64,000 bases of DNA from Eledone cirrhosa (GCA_964016885.1 CAXHJY010000268.1:1-64000); one strand, 5' to 3'; counted from the first letter of the stretch, positions 35,261 to 49,855 are shown. Made by a program: numbers and translations. The notes: generated by a model from the letters alone, not told the origin.

Positions 35261-35410
35261 ATTAACACTTAACATTTAATATTCTACCATACTATTTCAT
35301 TACAATATCATTATAATGTTAAAGGATTGTAAACAAATCAGACAAAGTTGGAATTCCTTTTATTAATATAATCTTCTATACACAATCATACACATCCATG
35401 TATATTTATT

Positions 35411-35466
<56 letters not shown>

Positions 35467-35719
35467 CAGTATAGTGCACTATTATTATGGTGTAGTCACT
35501 ATTTACTTTTCATTGTGGGACTAAACTATGTTTATAAAAGAGGTGTACTTTACATTTCAAACTATGTATATTTATATACACACATCTATCTATATATGTG
35601 TGCATATGTGTGTGTTTCTGTGAGTGTATAAATATACGTTTTGAAATGTAAGCTAAACCTATGCAACTTAGCAGGCCTCCTACAGGGTTTTATCTCATGA
35701 GACCTTTCTCAGGTATTTT

Positions 35720-36075
35720 AATGATAAGGGCTCTCAGTTCTTTATATATAAATTAAATAGGGTCCGTCAGTTCTTTTGTATATTTTAATAAGGCCCGCAA
35801 TTCTGATATTTTAATAAGGTCCCTCAGTTCTTTTATATATATTTTAATAAGGTTCCTCTGTTCTTTTATATATATTTTAATAAGGCCCTCAATTCTTATA
35901 TTTTAATAAGGTCCGTCAGTCTTGTATTTTACTAAGGTCCGTCAGTCTTTTATATATTTTAATAAGGGTCCTGTTCTTTTATATATATTTTAACAAGGCC
36001 CTCAATTCTTTTATATATTTTAACAAGGCCCTCAATTCTTTTATATATTTTAATAAGGTCCTCAATTCTTTTATA
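35720..36075. repeat. ~30-bp degenerate tandem repeat
   Basis: ttttaataaggtccctcagttcttttatata recurs about 10 times. Confidence 0.85.
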
Positions 36076-36239
36076 TATATATATATATATTTGGTTTTTA
36101 GAATAGGTATAATGTAACCCTGTATGCCACAAGAGACAACTGCAACAAAGTGTTGAAATCAGCCATACCAACATAGAAAAAGCAGACATAAAAATTATGA
36201 CAATGACATCATATTTGGCAGTTTACTAAATATATTTGT

Positions 36240-36550
36240 CTATAAATCACTTCAGTAAATAAGTCACACTTCCATATTACATACATTTACAGTATACCAT
36301 ATATTTTAAATTGCAGTTTTGTAGGTCCAGTAGATAAGTCACACCTCCATATTACAAACAACATTTACAGAATATCATATATTTTAAATTGAGGTTTGTT
36401 GGTCCAGTAAATAAGTCACCTCTATTTTACACACATTTACAATGTACTATATATTTTGTAGGTTCTTTAGATAAGTCACACCTTCATTTTATACAGAACA
36501 TATACAATATACCATAGTTTGAATTTAGGTTTTTAGGTTCAGTAAATATG
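36240..36550. repeat. ~70-bp degenerate tandem repeat
   Basis: agtaaataagtcacac...catttaca...atattttaaattg recurs about 4 times. Confidence 0.8.
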
Positions 36551-36811
36551 CAGGTTTTTCATGTATTCTTGTAGGCAAATATGTGACTCAATATACGTGT
36601 ATATTGTAAAGTACAATATACATTTTATTTTAACATTGGTTACTGTTTCACACACACACACAATTGACTTTGGTTTGAATGTGTCAGTAGCTGTTATTTT
36701 ACTTTCTATCAAACATGTCTGGCAACCCATCTAACTGAGCAACAACTCTGAATAAAAACCTACTTGGACCTTAACCTGTCAAATCCATACTTTCATAGAA
36801 ACTGGATATAT

Positions 36812-37240
36812 TATGATGGCAATGGTGGTGATGATGATGATGGTGGTGGTGATGGTGGTGGTGATGGTGGTGGTGATGGTGATGATGATGGTGGTGATGA
36901 TGATGATGGTGGTGGTGATGGTGGTGGTGATGGTGGTGATGATGGTGATGGTGGTGATGGTGGTGATGATGGTGGTGGTGATGGTGGTGATGATGATGGT
37001 GATGATGATGGTGGTGGTGATGGTGATGATGGTGGTGGTGATGATGATGGTGGTGGTGATGATGATGATGGTGGTGATGGTGATGGTGGTGGTGATGATG
37101 ATGCTGGTGGTAATGGTGGTGGTGATGATGATGCTGATGGTAATGGTGGTGGTGATGATGATGCTGGTGGTAATGGTGGTGGTGATGATGATGCTGGTGG
37201 TAATGGTGGTGGTGGTGATGATGATGCTGATGGTAATGAT
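36812..37240. repeat. (GGT/GAT)n microsatellite
   Basis: Direct inspection. Confidence 0.95.
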
Positions 37241-37724
37241 ATTTTCACACACAAACAGACACTCACTCACTCACACACATATATATATAATCATAAAACA
37301 AACATGAAGAAAATAAATTGAAAATTAAAATTAAGTATTTGATTAAAGATAGTTGACACCTCATTTCCAATGTGTTTTATACAGACATCAGTTAAATTCA
37401 AAACAAAAATCCCACTAACTTGTTTTAAGCTGAGACCTAACTAATTATCTTAAAATCTGTAAAGTAATTAATGGATGTTATTGACAGGAATAATTAACAG
37501 TCATGAGAATGTTGGATAATGTACTGGGGTTGACTCTTCCTCTATCTCTCTTTCTCACTCTTAATCCTTCTCTGGAAGAAATCTGTTGTGTTCAGACATG
37601 GAGAGGAATGGGTTCTGCCTGGCTTAAAATATCCAAGAAATGCTGTATGTCACTATGGTGTCCCTAGGACTCCATCGGGAGTTACAAGACCATATCGTAC
37701 CAGTACTATGACTGTATATTATAG

Positions 37725-38140
37725 TCTTAATTACTGCAAATTTTCACAACTATTTGTTCCACTAGTTAAAATACTATAAACATTTGCATTAACAAACCAT
37801 ATTAGCAAGTCATTCTTGAAAAGTACTAAACAACCCTATAACTGTCACATTAAATATTGAAGTCTTCATTGTAATACTGTACATTTTCACAACAATCTGT
37901 CCACCAGTAAAGATACTATAAACATTTAGTAAAAAACAACACTGACTACATCAGATTAAATATTAAAGTCTTTGTAATACTGTACATTTTCACAACAATC
38001 TGTCCACCAGTAAATATACTATAAACATTTAGTACAAAATAACACTATCACTACATCACATTAAATATTAAAGTCTTTGCTGTAATACTGTACATTTTCA
38101 CAATAATCTGTTCCTTAGTTAAGAGATTGTAAACATTTGA
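37725..38140. repeat. ~110-135-bp tandem repeat, ~4 degenerate copies
   Basis: gtaatactgtacattttcacaacaatctgtccaccagtaaa...tactataaacattt recurs. Confidence 0.8.
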
Positions 38141-38839
38141 AGTAATAAAAGCGATTTTAGGACATATTCTACTAAATCATTACAGAATGTAAAGAGTTTA
38201 AGGGTTTTAGTACCACATGAAACTGGCAGAAGTTCTGGGCTGTGGTGGTAATAGTAGTAGTGATAGTGGTAATAATGGTAGTGGTGGTGGTAATAGTAGT
38301 AGTGGTGTTAGTGTAAGTTGTGGTGGTGGTAGTAGTAATAATGGTAATAGTAGTAGTGGTGGTAATATAAGATAGTATTGACAGTGGTGATAGTGGTGGT
38401 GGTGGTAGTGGTGGTAATAGTAGTGTAAGTTGTGATAGTGGTAATAATGGTAATAGTAGTAGTGGTGGTGGTAGTGGTAATAGTAGTGATGGTAATTATA
38501 TAGGAGGGCTTAACGATGGACAGAGGAATAATTAGAAGTAAGTAATCTCCACTAGTAATTTCCAAAACAATTAACATGAATAACATGTCATTTGAACAAC
38601 ACCCCTCCACTCTACCACAATACCACCCACCAACCCCTGGAATATAAACACTTTAATAACAACTGTGGGGCTGAATATATGACCAATCAGATGGTTATGG
38701 AGGTGGTGGTGGTGGTGGTGGTGGTGGTGAAGATGGGCGAGATGGTGGTGGTGGTATTGGAGGTGGTGGAGATGGTGGTGGAATTAGAAGTGGGGAATTA
38801 GAAGTGGTGATGGCGTTAGTGGTGGTGTAAGTGGTGTTG

Positions 38840-39185
38840 GTGGTGATAGCGGTGGTGGTGTTGATGGTGATAGCGGTGGTGGTGTTGATGGTGATAGCGG
38901 TGGTGGTGTTGATGGTGATAGCGGTGGTGGTGTTGATGGTGATAGCGGTGGTGGTGTTGATGGTGATAGCGGTGGTGGTGTTGATGGTGATAGCGGTGGT
39001 GGTGTTGATGGTGATAGCGGTGGTGGTGTTGATGGTGATAGCGGTGGTGGTGTTGATGGTGATAGCGGTGGTGGTGTTGATGGTGATAGCGGTGGTGGTG
39101 TTGATGGTGATAGCGGTGGTGGTGTTGATGGTGATAGCGGTGGTGGTGTTGATGGTGATAGCGGTGGTGGTGTTGATGGTGATAG
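38840..39185. repeat. Perfect 24-bp minisatellite, ~14 copies
   Basis: ggtgatagcggtggtggtgttgat repeated. Confidence 0.95.
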
Positions 39186-39993
39186 TGGTGTTGATGGTGA
39201 TAGTGATAGTGGTGTTGATGGTGATGATGGTGGAGGTGATGGTGGTAGGTGTGATAGTATTGGAAGTGGTGGAGATGGTGGTGCTGACAGTATTCTAGTA
39301 GAAGAAAGAAACTGATCAGCAGATCAGACCAAGGACAAAATCCTCATAGACCTTTCCGCATGTTATTTATTCTCTGCCAGTCCCAACACCTGGTAGAAGT
39401 GTCACCACTTTTCCATTAGCAGGAGGTGGGATTTGAACTCAGAATACACAGAACCAGAACAAATACCACAAAACATCCCGCCTGATCCTTTATTAATTCT
39501 GCCAATCTCACTCTGATCGATCAACAAGATCCCAGACCTCATTCACTTGCCGAGTGGGGTGGAATCATCAAGTTGGACGAAAGAAACAATGTTTCCATTA
39601 CTGATACTATTTACCAGCTGCAACTCCTGGCAGAAGGAGCAGCGTGAAATAAAGTCTGTTGCTCAAGGACACAACACATCACTTGATCCAACAATTGAAC
39701 TTGCAACCTCATAATTGTGAATCCAACTCTCTAACCACTAAACCACACACCTCTACCAACCCCCAACCTCACAACCCATGAATGGTAGTTTATTTATTAA
39801 CACTGAAAGTATGAAAAACCAAATTGACCTCAACAAGATAGGAATTTGGAGCAGAGAGAGCCAGAACAAATACCTAGGCATTAGTTGATATGAAGCATTG
39901 TGAGATATGTAATAAATGACTAAGTTTCAGAAAGCCAGTAGGATGTGGTAGAAATATATAAAGGGCGAAGGATGGCAAGTAAAACAAAACAAA

Positions 39994-40177
39994 GTAATGT
40001 TTTACCCAGTATATTTGAACATATTTACCCTATTTTCAAATATGAAACTAAAACAGTTCAAAACAAAAACGAATAATCAATGAGTTCTCTAACTGGTTGA
40101 TTTCTTTAAAATATGTACGCATTTTCTTTTTCTGTTTCACATTTGAAAAGAGTGTAATATACTGGGTAAAACATTAC
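39994..40177. mobile_element. MITE-like fold-back with 22-bp perfect inverted repeats
   Basis: gtaatgttttacccagtatatt (39994-40015) and aatatactgggtaaaacattac (40156-40177). Confidence 0.6.
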
Positions 40178-41014
40178 CAAGGCGTTAATTTGCTGCCTAT
40201 CTGCCACCCCAATAATGTAGAACTATGAATAAAAAGTTATGATGGAAGGCAATCATCATCATCATCACCACCTCCACCTTTGATTTTCTCTGCCTGCATG
40301 GGTTAACCCAAGTCCTCTCCAGTACATCTCACCAAATCTTTCTTTCTTCGCTTGTGAGATGTAGTTAGAGGTCAGCTTACATCAGCCCTACATGGGTAAA
40401 ACCAAGTCCTCTCTAGTTCAGCATCTCAACACTTATCTGTCTATTGCAAAAAGGCACCAGAGTTTTTAAGTGGCCACTTGATATAGTGTGAAGGAGAGGG
40501 AATGAGTGATGGTGGGTATGAGTGAGAGAGAGGGGGGGGGGTTAGATAGAGGAAGGGGGAGACCAGTTAAGTGGATACTTTACATACCTCTAGTTGAATA
40601 TATGAGGCTGGCTAGTGTTTAGTCAACCTCTTTATGTACCATGGCAGTATATGGCAGTGGCTGGTGTGTCTGACTAACCACCATGTGATAGGGCCTAGTA
40701 TGTATGTAGTGACCTCCATGTAAATGTCTGTTGTGTGACTGACCACTAAGTGACAGTATTTGTTGTAGAGGTCACCTCTGTGTGATTATTGGGCAGTTGG
40801 TATTGCTGTGGTTGAAATGATCAATGTGGGGAGTGACAATCTCTGTTGTAAAGGTCGCATCTATACGTTTTCATTAGTTTGTTGATATAAAATACACAGA
40901 CTTATCATTTTCAACATGTTCTTCCATAAAGACCAGTCCACTATTTCCAACAATGAACAATCTACTTTCCACAGGTCTGTATCTATAACAACCCTCAAAG
41001 GATGAAAGGCCAAC

Positions 41015-41345
41015 TTGCCTACATGTGATGTGATGTTGCAAGGTGGTGGTGTGACATGGATGGTGGGTAAATTGTATGATGCCTACATGTGATGTGGTGT
41101 GGCATGGTGGTGGTGTGACATGGATGGTGGGTAAATTGTATGTCTACATGTGATGTGGCATGGTGGTGTGACATGGATGGTGGGTAGATTATATGATGTC
41201 TTCATGTAATGTTGCATGTTGGTGGTGTTGAGACATAGCCAGTGGGTAGATTGTATGATGTCTACATTGAGGTAACATGGATGGTGGGTAGATTATATGA
41301 TGTCTACATGTGATGTAATGTTGCATGTTGGTTTGAGATGAATGG
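41015..41345. repeat. ~55-bp degenerate tandem repeat
   Basis: ctacatgtgatgt...ggtggtgtgacatggatggtgggtagattgtatgatg recurs about 6 times. Confidence 0.85.
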
Positions 41346-42059
41346 TGGATGCAAAAACTATATTTGATGGCTGGAGAGAAACAAATGGAGTATGTTCTAA
41401 CCACTCTACCAATTTACCATTTCATACAATTCCTTCATTTCTCCAAGACAAACAAATAAAATCAGCACTAATGGCAGTTTGATCCAATATATACCTACCT
41501 ACCAACCCTTCTACCTACCTACCAACCCTCCTACCTACATACCTACCCGCCCACCTATCTAATGAGTATAAAAAATCATCTGCTCGTTAAATTAATCAAG
41601 TCAGACAAAAGACTAAATTTATTCAAAAGAAAAAAGAAGATAATGGGAAGGGGGGGGGGGTTAGATTCAATTAGAACTGATAAATGGAAGTGTGGCTTGG
41701 GATTCATTTTAAAGATGACCCAGTTATTCAGATTCTATTAAAAGACAAGAATGGAAAGTCTTTTTTTCTATGGCATTGTAGACTATAGTTGTGTAGAGGA
41801 ATGGAAGACAAGGAAAAAGTAGAAAATATCAATATGTAAGGAAAGAAGTGTAAGAGAAGCTGAAGAACAGAAGGTGGCATCTATCTTGGAGAATCATATA
41901 TACATATATATATATATACATGCATACATACATACATATATATATATACAGAGAGTGAGAGAGATACTTAGATACAAATAGACAGAGAGATTGATACTTA
42001 GTTACATATAGATAGATAGATACTAAGTTACATAGAGAGGGGGGGGAGAGATTTAGATG

Positions 42060-42091
<32 letters not shown>

Positions 42092-42300
42092 CTTAGATAC
42101 ATGTAGAGATAGATACTTAGATATATATATAGAGATAGAGAAGAGATAAAGAGATAGAGACATACATAGAGATGAGGGTAGATATATAATTACACTCTTA
42201 AGTTAAAACACCATTAGGTTCATTCACTACATTTATTTGTGTCCAGCAATGAGATGTACTAGCACGCCATATGGAACTTTCCAGTACAAGGAGGCAAAAT

Positions 42301-42430
42301 CCTGCTGACGACGCAGTTCCCCGCCAAATTACATAATGCATACTAACATTACTTAATTTCTGCACCTGGTGGCTCCACTCAGACCACTGCTAGCAGATTG
42401 GAATTGTAGAAACTGATGCATCGGTCCGAG
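42301..42430 (+). ncRNA. Candidate hammerhead with long stem-II insertion
   Basis: CUGACGA (42305-11), gcaguucc/ggaauugu stem II base, GAAA (42409-12), near-palindromic stem III cugaugcaucgGUC; stem I is weak. Confidence 0.4.
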
Positions 42431-42592
42431 TATCTCAATTTTCTTATCCACACGAAATCGTCTTCCTCTCTGATTAACGTATAAGTGTACACTCTAATCA
42501 GTTGGGTTTGAATTTTAATATGGACTTAATTAGATTATTGAGCGTGTGAAGAAACGACCGAAACTGTGTCCATTCTATTTGATAAGATTTAT

Positions 42593-42900
<308 letters not shown>

Positions 42901-43056
42901 GTATATATAAATATATACATATATAACGAAGGAATTGTGGTAAGGAACCAGATGGACCATAACGCACCAGAGTACTCAATACTTAGGGTAGTAGAGTGGG
43001 TAATAGGAAAAAGTATACTTTTTCCTATATACATATATATACATATATATACATAC

Positions 43057-43090
<34 letters not shown>

Positions 43091-43093
43091 ATA

Positions 43094-43432
43094 GAGGCAC
43101 ATGGCTTAGTGGTTAGAGCGTTGGCCTTGCAATCGAAAGGTTGTGAGTTCAATTCTCAGACCGGGTGATGTGTTGTTTCCTTGAGCAAGACACTTTATTT
43201 CACATTGCTCCAGTTTACTCAGCTGTAGAAATGAGATGATAGGGACTGGGGTCCGTATCATTCCACTGTAAAGTGGTCGTGGAGGTGCCACGGCAAAAAA
43301 AGCACCCAGCACTCACTGTAAATGAGGTTGGTGTTAGGAAGGGCATCCAGCTGTAGAAATCAAGCCAGAATCAATTCCCGTCCCACCCTTGCAAGCAGGG
43401 AGAAGCGGACGTAAAATGATGATGGTGATGAT
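43094..43432 (+). mobile_element. tRNA-derived CORE-like SINE with RTE tail (family C)
   Basis: A box tggcttagtgg, B box gagttcaattc, CORE-like ttgtttccttgagcaagacacttta, and a tail shared with the LINE 3'UTR at ~14800-14940; ends (gat)n. Confidence 0.9.
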
Positions 43433-44292
43433 ATAGAAAAAAGTATTTTATTTTATTTCTGTTTACCTTTTACACACACACACACGTGCGTGCGTGCGTG
43501 CGTGCGTAAAAGGTAAACAGAAATAACAACACAAGTCATTATCATCATCCTTGGTTATATGTGGGTTGGATAAGTTTGCAAATATTTCATTTTCTGTCTT
43601 GTTGCTGTATTAGTATTGTAGGTTTAACATTTTAATACTAAACTGCCTGGAACTGCTTCTAGTTCTATCATAGAAAACTCCATTTTCATATTTATCTAAA
43701 AATTTTCCAATGTAAATTTATGTAAAACCCTTTATTAAGTTATGTTCCGAACACTAATTTAATAATGAGAAAGTTATTTTTTTTACTTACTAAACCCCTC
43801 TAAATTCTTGATTATTTTCAAAATTATTTGAAAATTATCGATAGTATTATTAGAAATATTAGACATGTATTTGCTTATGTCAAAGTTTGTCTATATATGT
43901 GTGTGTGTGTGTTTACACAAGTGAGTGTGTCCGACCTTGTAGCTGTATATGTGAATGTGTTCAATATTTGTTTTTAATAAACAACTACAATAATAACAAC
44001 CACAGCAACAGACCTTACTAGATACACAACTACCACAATAACTACTACCACCACCACCACCACAATAACTACTACCACCACCACCACCACAATAACTACT
44101 ACCACCACCACCACCACAATAACTACTGTCACCACCACCACCACAATAACTACTACCACCACCACCACCACAATAACTACTGTCACCACCACCACAATAA
44201 CTACTACTACCACCACTATCCTAACATTATCTTATATACATAAGACACCAATGAGATGTTAGATTCCCAGATCAGCTGTCTGTCTTCAGTAA

Positions 44293-44928
<636 letters not shown>

Positions 44929-45195
44929 GGTTTAGATTGGCTGGCTAGTCTCATATATATGGACAGTCTAGTGCACAATATATGTACTGTGTTGCACATG
45001 AATATGCATATAGGTACACATATGCATGTGGACATGTACATGGACATATGCACGTGGGCACACATGCATGTGGTCACATTACAATCTTATACGCATGTGG
45101 ACACATGCACATGGACACGCGTGCATGGTCACATATGCACATTGACTGCCATGCATATGGGCACACACACACAGGAACATTATTGCAGACATGTC

Positions 45196-45467
45196 GCAGT
45201 AGCAGTAGTGGCAGTAGTAGTAACAGTAGCAGTATTGGCACTACTAGTAGTAGCAGTAGTAGCAGCAGTAGTAGTAGCAGTAATGGCAGTAGTAGTAGCA
45301 GCAATAGTAGTAGTAGTAGTAGTAGTAGCAGCAGTAGCAGCGGCAGTAGTAGTAGTAGTAGCAGCAAGTAGTAGTAGTAATAGTAGTAGTAGCAGTAGTA
45401 GCAGCAAGTAGTAATAGTAGTAGTAGTAGCAGCAGCAAGTAGTAGTAGTAGTAGCAGTAGTAGCAGC

Positions 45468-45505
<38 letters not shown>

Positions 45506-46445
45506 TATTAGGAATCATAAACCAATTTTGATTTAATTTCTTTTGAAATGTTGAAGAAATGATTTTACTTATAGGACAACTACCACTATCACTACTAGTA
45601 CCACTACTACTACTAGTACCACTACTACTACTAGTACCACTGCTACTAGTACCACTATCACTACTAGTACCACTGCTACTAGTACCACTGCTACTACTAC
45701 CACTGCTACTACTACCACTGCTACTAGTACCACTGCTACTAGTACCACTGCTACTAGTACCACTGCTACTAGTACCACTGCTACTAGTACCACTACTACT
45801 AGTACCACCACCACTACTAGTACCACTACTACTACTAGTACCACTACTACTACTAGTACCACTACTACTACTAGTACCACTACTACTACTAGTACCACTA
45901 CTACTACTAGTACCACTACTACTAGTACCACTACTACTAGTACCACTACTACTACTAGTACCACTACTACTAGTACCACTACTACTAGTACCACTACTAC
46001 TAGTACCACTACTACTACTAGTACCACTACTACTAGTACCACTACTACTAGTACCACTACTACTAGTACCACTACTACTACTAGTACCACTACTACTACT
46101 AGTACCACTACTACTACTAGTACCACTACCATTATCAATAATACTACCACCACCACTATCAATAATAATACTACTAGCCCCACCACCACCACCAGTATCA
46201 CTACTACTAGCCCCACCACCACCACCATCACCACCACCACTATCAATAATACCAGTGTCACCACCACCACCAATACTGCCACTATCAGTAATACTACCAC
46301 CACCAATATCACTACTACCACCACTAATACAGCCACTATCAGTAATACTACCACCACCACCACTATTAATAATAATAATACCAGTATCACTACCACCATC
46401 AGTGTCACCACCACCACCACCTCTACTGCCACTATCAGTAATACT
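45196..46445. repeat. (AGT/AGC)n block and (ACT/ACC)n block separated by a ~75-bp unique spacer
   Basis: Direct inspection. Confidence 0.93.
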
Positions 46446-47294
46446 CTGCACATGTCCTGCTATTTATTCTACTACAGCAGTTGCAGCTGTTGTATTGCAT
46501 GTCTATATATTCTTGATGATGATAGTGGTGGTGGTGGTGGTGGTTGGTGGGGTTGGGGGCACTGCAGAATTTCAGGATCTCTTGCAATGTACATCATCAT
46601 CATCATCACTATCACCATCACCATCACCAACCATCACCCCCCCCCCCAATCTTCATCTCCACTGCCATCATCAGAATCCCCACCATCACCACCATCATCA
46701 TCATCATCATCCCCACCATCACCACCATCATCATCATCATCATCATCATCCCCACTGCCATCATCAGAATCCACACCATCACCACCATCACCAACCACCA
46801 TCATATGTCTGCTCTCCCTGATATCAAATGTTGGACAAGTTATCACAGACCAAGTCTGTATGACCTCTCAAACATATCAGGAGCTACATCATACACATGT
46901 TCTGGTTTTGGCAAGGTTTCTACAGCTAGATACCCTTCCTATTCAAAACCACTTTACAGAGTGAACTGGGTGTATTTTATCCTGATACCAACACCCGTCA
47001 TGTCCTTCACACAACTGGAGTTTTCTTAAACCTTTCTTTTGGCATAGTCTTCATATCAACAAACTCTTTACAGAGTGTACTGGGTGTACATATTAGAATA
47101 AATGGATTGTTTCTCTTTTAACTAACCCTGATATTAAGAGGTAAGGAGGGGTGAAGGCATGTACATGATCGATTGACCTGCTAGAAATAGAAGCCAAATC
47201 TCTCAACCTTTTTGGAACCAATCTACCTGAAATCACCCTTGATTCTATGATACAAAACTGTTCCATTTTAGAGTGTTTATATTTAATTCTAAGC

Positions 47295-47700
47295 CCTTTT
47301 CTTCGCCTACTTATTCCTGAGAGGGTTGTGGGTAGCAGAGTCCTCAAACACTCCTTCCAGCAGGTCCTCTCAGAAGCAACTGTCACCAACTGATATGGCT
47401 GGATCTCCTAGAGAGACCAGCCAAGCTCATGAATGTTATCCAACCATCTTGCTCAGGAGGGGGGGGGGGGGTCTCCCTATAGGTCTCCTGCCGCTTGGTT
47501 TTGCCCATAAAATCTATCCAGTGATTCTTTCCCCCCCGAGACATTCTAACCACATGTCCATAATATCAGAGCTGTCTTTCTGATCTTCAAGCTATGCACT
47601 CCATTGAGTAACGTTACTCCAAAGACCCTTCACAGAAATCCCATTTTGGCCATTTGTATTCGTGATTATATTCTTTAGGTCATTACCCATCATAATTTAA
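47295..47700 (-). pseudogene. Decayed RTE (Expander/Rex3-like) LINE C-terminal fragment
   Basis: Minus strand reads WVMT*RI*SRIQMAKMGFL*RVFGVTLL... then RQL*YYGHVVRMS...ILWAKPSGRRPIGRP...RWLDNI, with stops and frameshifts. Confidence 0.75.
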
Positions 47701-47703
47701 ATA

Positions 47704-47863
47704 TAAACCCTTTAAAAATTGCTTTTTTTTAATCTTTTTTTGGAGAGTGATGTTAAAACATTTCCTTTTTTTGCTCTGATGATTGGCTCCCTTCATTTTT
47801 TTTTTTGTTTTTGTTTCATAGAATCAGAGGTAGTTTTGAGAAGGTTGGTATTGAAAGGGTTAA
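47704..47863 (-). mobile_element. Second TTAA-type MITE family, degenerate
   Basis: taaacccttt ... gaaagggttaa. The right end resembles the reverse complement of 47203-47260 and the start of a related decayed copy at ~43624. Confidence 0.5.
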
Positions 47864-48107
47864 ATATCAGAAATTTCTAACAGCCTGAGGTCAATGAAAT
47901 ATAAGCTCAGTGTCTCCATTGAAACAGGATATTAGAACTGAGGCCTTTTGAATACATAGGCCAAGTAGAAAAAGATAGAGACAAGGATAGTAACCCTTGT
48001 TAAAGGATAAAGGATAATAAGAGACCATTGTGATGGGAACCAAATATCATTGTTCTATTAAGTATAGATAGTGTATATTAAGTGTAAACATGTAAATAAG
48101 GATATAT

Positions 48108-48287
48108 AATTGTTTATACTTTTGGCACAAGACCAGCAATTATCCCAGTGTATTACTGGTACTTTATTTTATCGACCTCGTAAGGATGAAAGGCAAAGTT
48201 AACCTCGGCGGGATTTGAACTCAGATCGTAAAGGCCCATAACTCCATGCTGCAAAGCATGGCGTCTGACCCCCTAACGATTCTGCCA
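48108..48287 (-). mobile_element. Family N SINE
   Basis: Same body as 5461-5641. TSD gatatataat at 48101-48110 and 48288-48297. Confidence 0.88.
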
Positions 48288-48399
48288 GATATATAATGCT
48301 GGTATAGAGTGTGACAACTGTATGGGTGTATACTAACTGAGTGATGTACGTGTATAGTCACATCTATATAAAGGATCTTGTATATATTTGGTGCATGCT

Positions 48400-48580
<181 letters not shown>

Positions 48581-48936
48581 ATCATTTAATGTCTATTTTC
48601 CATGCTAGCATGGGTCAGGTGGGTTTGTCCTATTTGAGACAAGTTGGGTCAGGTGACCATGTCTGGCTGGTTTTCTACGGCTGAATGCCCTTATATATAT
48701 AGTGTGCATTGTTGCATAATAAATGCAGGCAGTGGATACTGTGCACTATTGCTGCATTAAGTGTGGTCGAAACTTGAGTATGAGTATAGATTGAAGGTAT
48801 CCATTTACGTGTGTTGTATTGAAGCGAATAACTGTGTCTACTCTGGCATTTTACATAACATTACCTATTGAGTACGCTGAGATGCAACCGGTATTAGTAG
48901 TGAAACCCATGCTAGTCCTGCCAACTTATATATATA

Positions 48937-49272
48937 AGGCACATGACTTAGTGGTTAGAGCATTGGCCTTGCAATCGAAAGGTTGTGAGTTCAATTCTCA
49001 GACTGGGTGATGTGTTGTTTCCTTGAGCAAGACACTTTATTTCACATTGCTCCAGTTTACTCAGCTGTAGAAATGAGATGATAGGGACTGGGGTCCATAT
49101 CATTCCACTGCAAAGTGGTCGTGGAGGTGCCATGGCAAAAAAGCACCACCACTCACTGTAAATGAGGTTGGTGTTAGGAAGGGCATCCAGCTGTAGAAAT
49201 CAAGCCAGAATCAGTTCCCGTCCGACCCTTGCAAGCAGGGAAAAAGCGGACGTAAAATGAAATGATGATGAT
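48937..49272 (+). mobile_element. Family C SINE
   Basis: Near-identical to 43094-43432. Confidence 0.9.
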
Positions 49273-49284
49273 ATATATATATAT

Positions 49285-49525
49285 TGTGTAGGTGTCACGA
49301 CAAAAAAAAAAAAAAAAAACACAGTCCACGCTGTAATGTGGCCGTGTAGGTAACACGGTAAAAAGTTCCCAGTTCCACACTGTAAATGTGGTTGGTGTTA
49401 GAAAACCTGCCAGATAGTCCTATATGAGTGAGACACGGTCACTCGACCAACCTTGCCTCAAGTGGAACAACTCCCGTCTAACCCATGCTAGCATGGAAGA
49501 TGGACGTTAAACGAAGATGATGATA
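49285..49525 (+). mobile_element. RTE LINE 3'UTR fragment (second subfamily)
   Basis: Matches 15682-15915 with an internal deletion. Confidence 0.85.
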
Positions 49526-49855
49526 TATAGTTATACTTTTGGATGGTCATGTTGCCAATAAAAACCTGTTGGTTTTCTCTTCAATTTAGTATAAACTACC
49601 AGTTGGTTAGTTTAATAACTGGATGGTTGTTTATTTGTTGACTGTCAAAGCTCTTGTGTTACACATTCTGTGGCCTCCTCAGTGACTAATTTGTTATTTT
49701 GTGTTTCTCCTCTGTTCTGTCCTACATCTTATGAACAGTGTGCTGTATACTTGGACTTATTGAACTGACTGGGAGTTTATGATAAATTGAAGTGAAAACC
49801 AACAGGTGCGTGTGTTTTTATTGGCAGCATGACCCTCCCGAAGTATAACAATATC
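49525..49855. repeat. Degenerate fold-back, ~95-bp arms
   Basis: gttatactt..ggtcatgttgccaataaaaacctgttggttttc versus gaaaaccaacagg...tttttattggcagcatgacc...aagtataac. Confidence 0.75.

Larger units (their letters stand above)
34996..35370. repeat. ~375-bp near-perfect palindrome (4-nt loop at 35184-35187) carrying two inverted hammerheads
   Basis: Arms are reverse-complementary around ttttca-cagt-tgaaaa, with few mismatches over the inner ~130 bp. Confidence 0.92.

Noticed and set aside
42544-42574. Second hammerhead gtgaaga-aacgacc-gaaactgtgtc
   Set aside because: C3 is missing and stem II cannot form; at best a dead relic
43094-43170. tRNA gene (also 34520-34594, 48937, 58167)
   Set aside because: A and B boxes are present, but the acceptor and anticodon stems do not pair and the sequence continues into a SINE body
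48750-48790. cgaaacttgagta hammerhead-like 3' half
   Set aside because: No upstream CUGANGA
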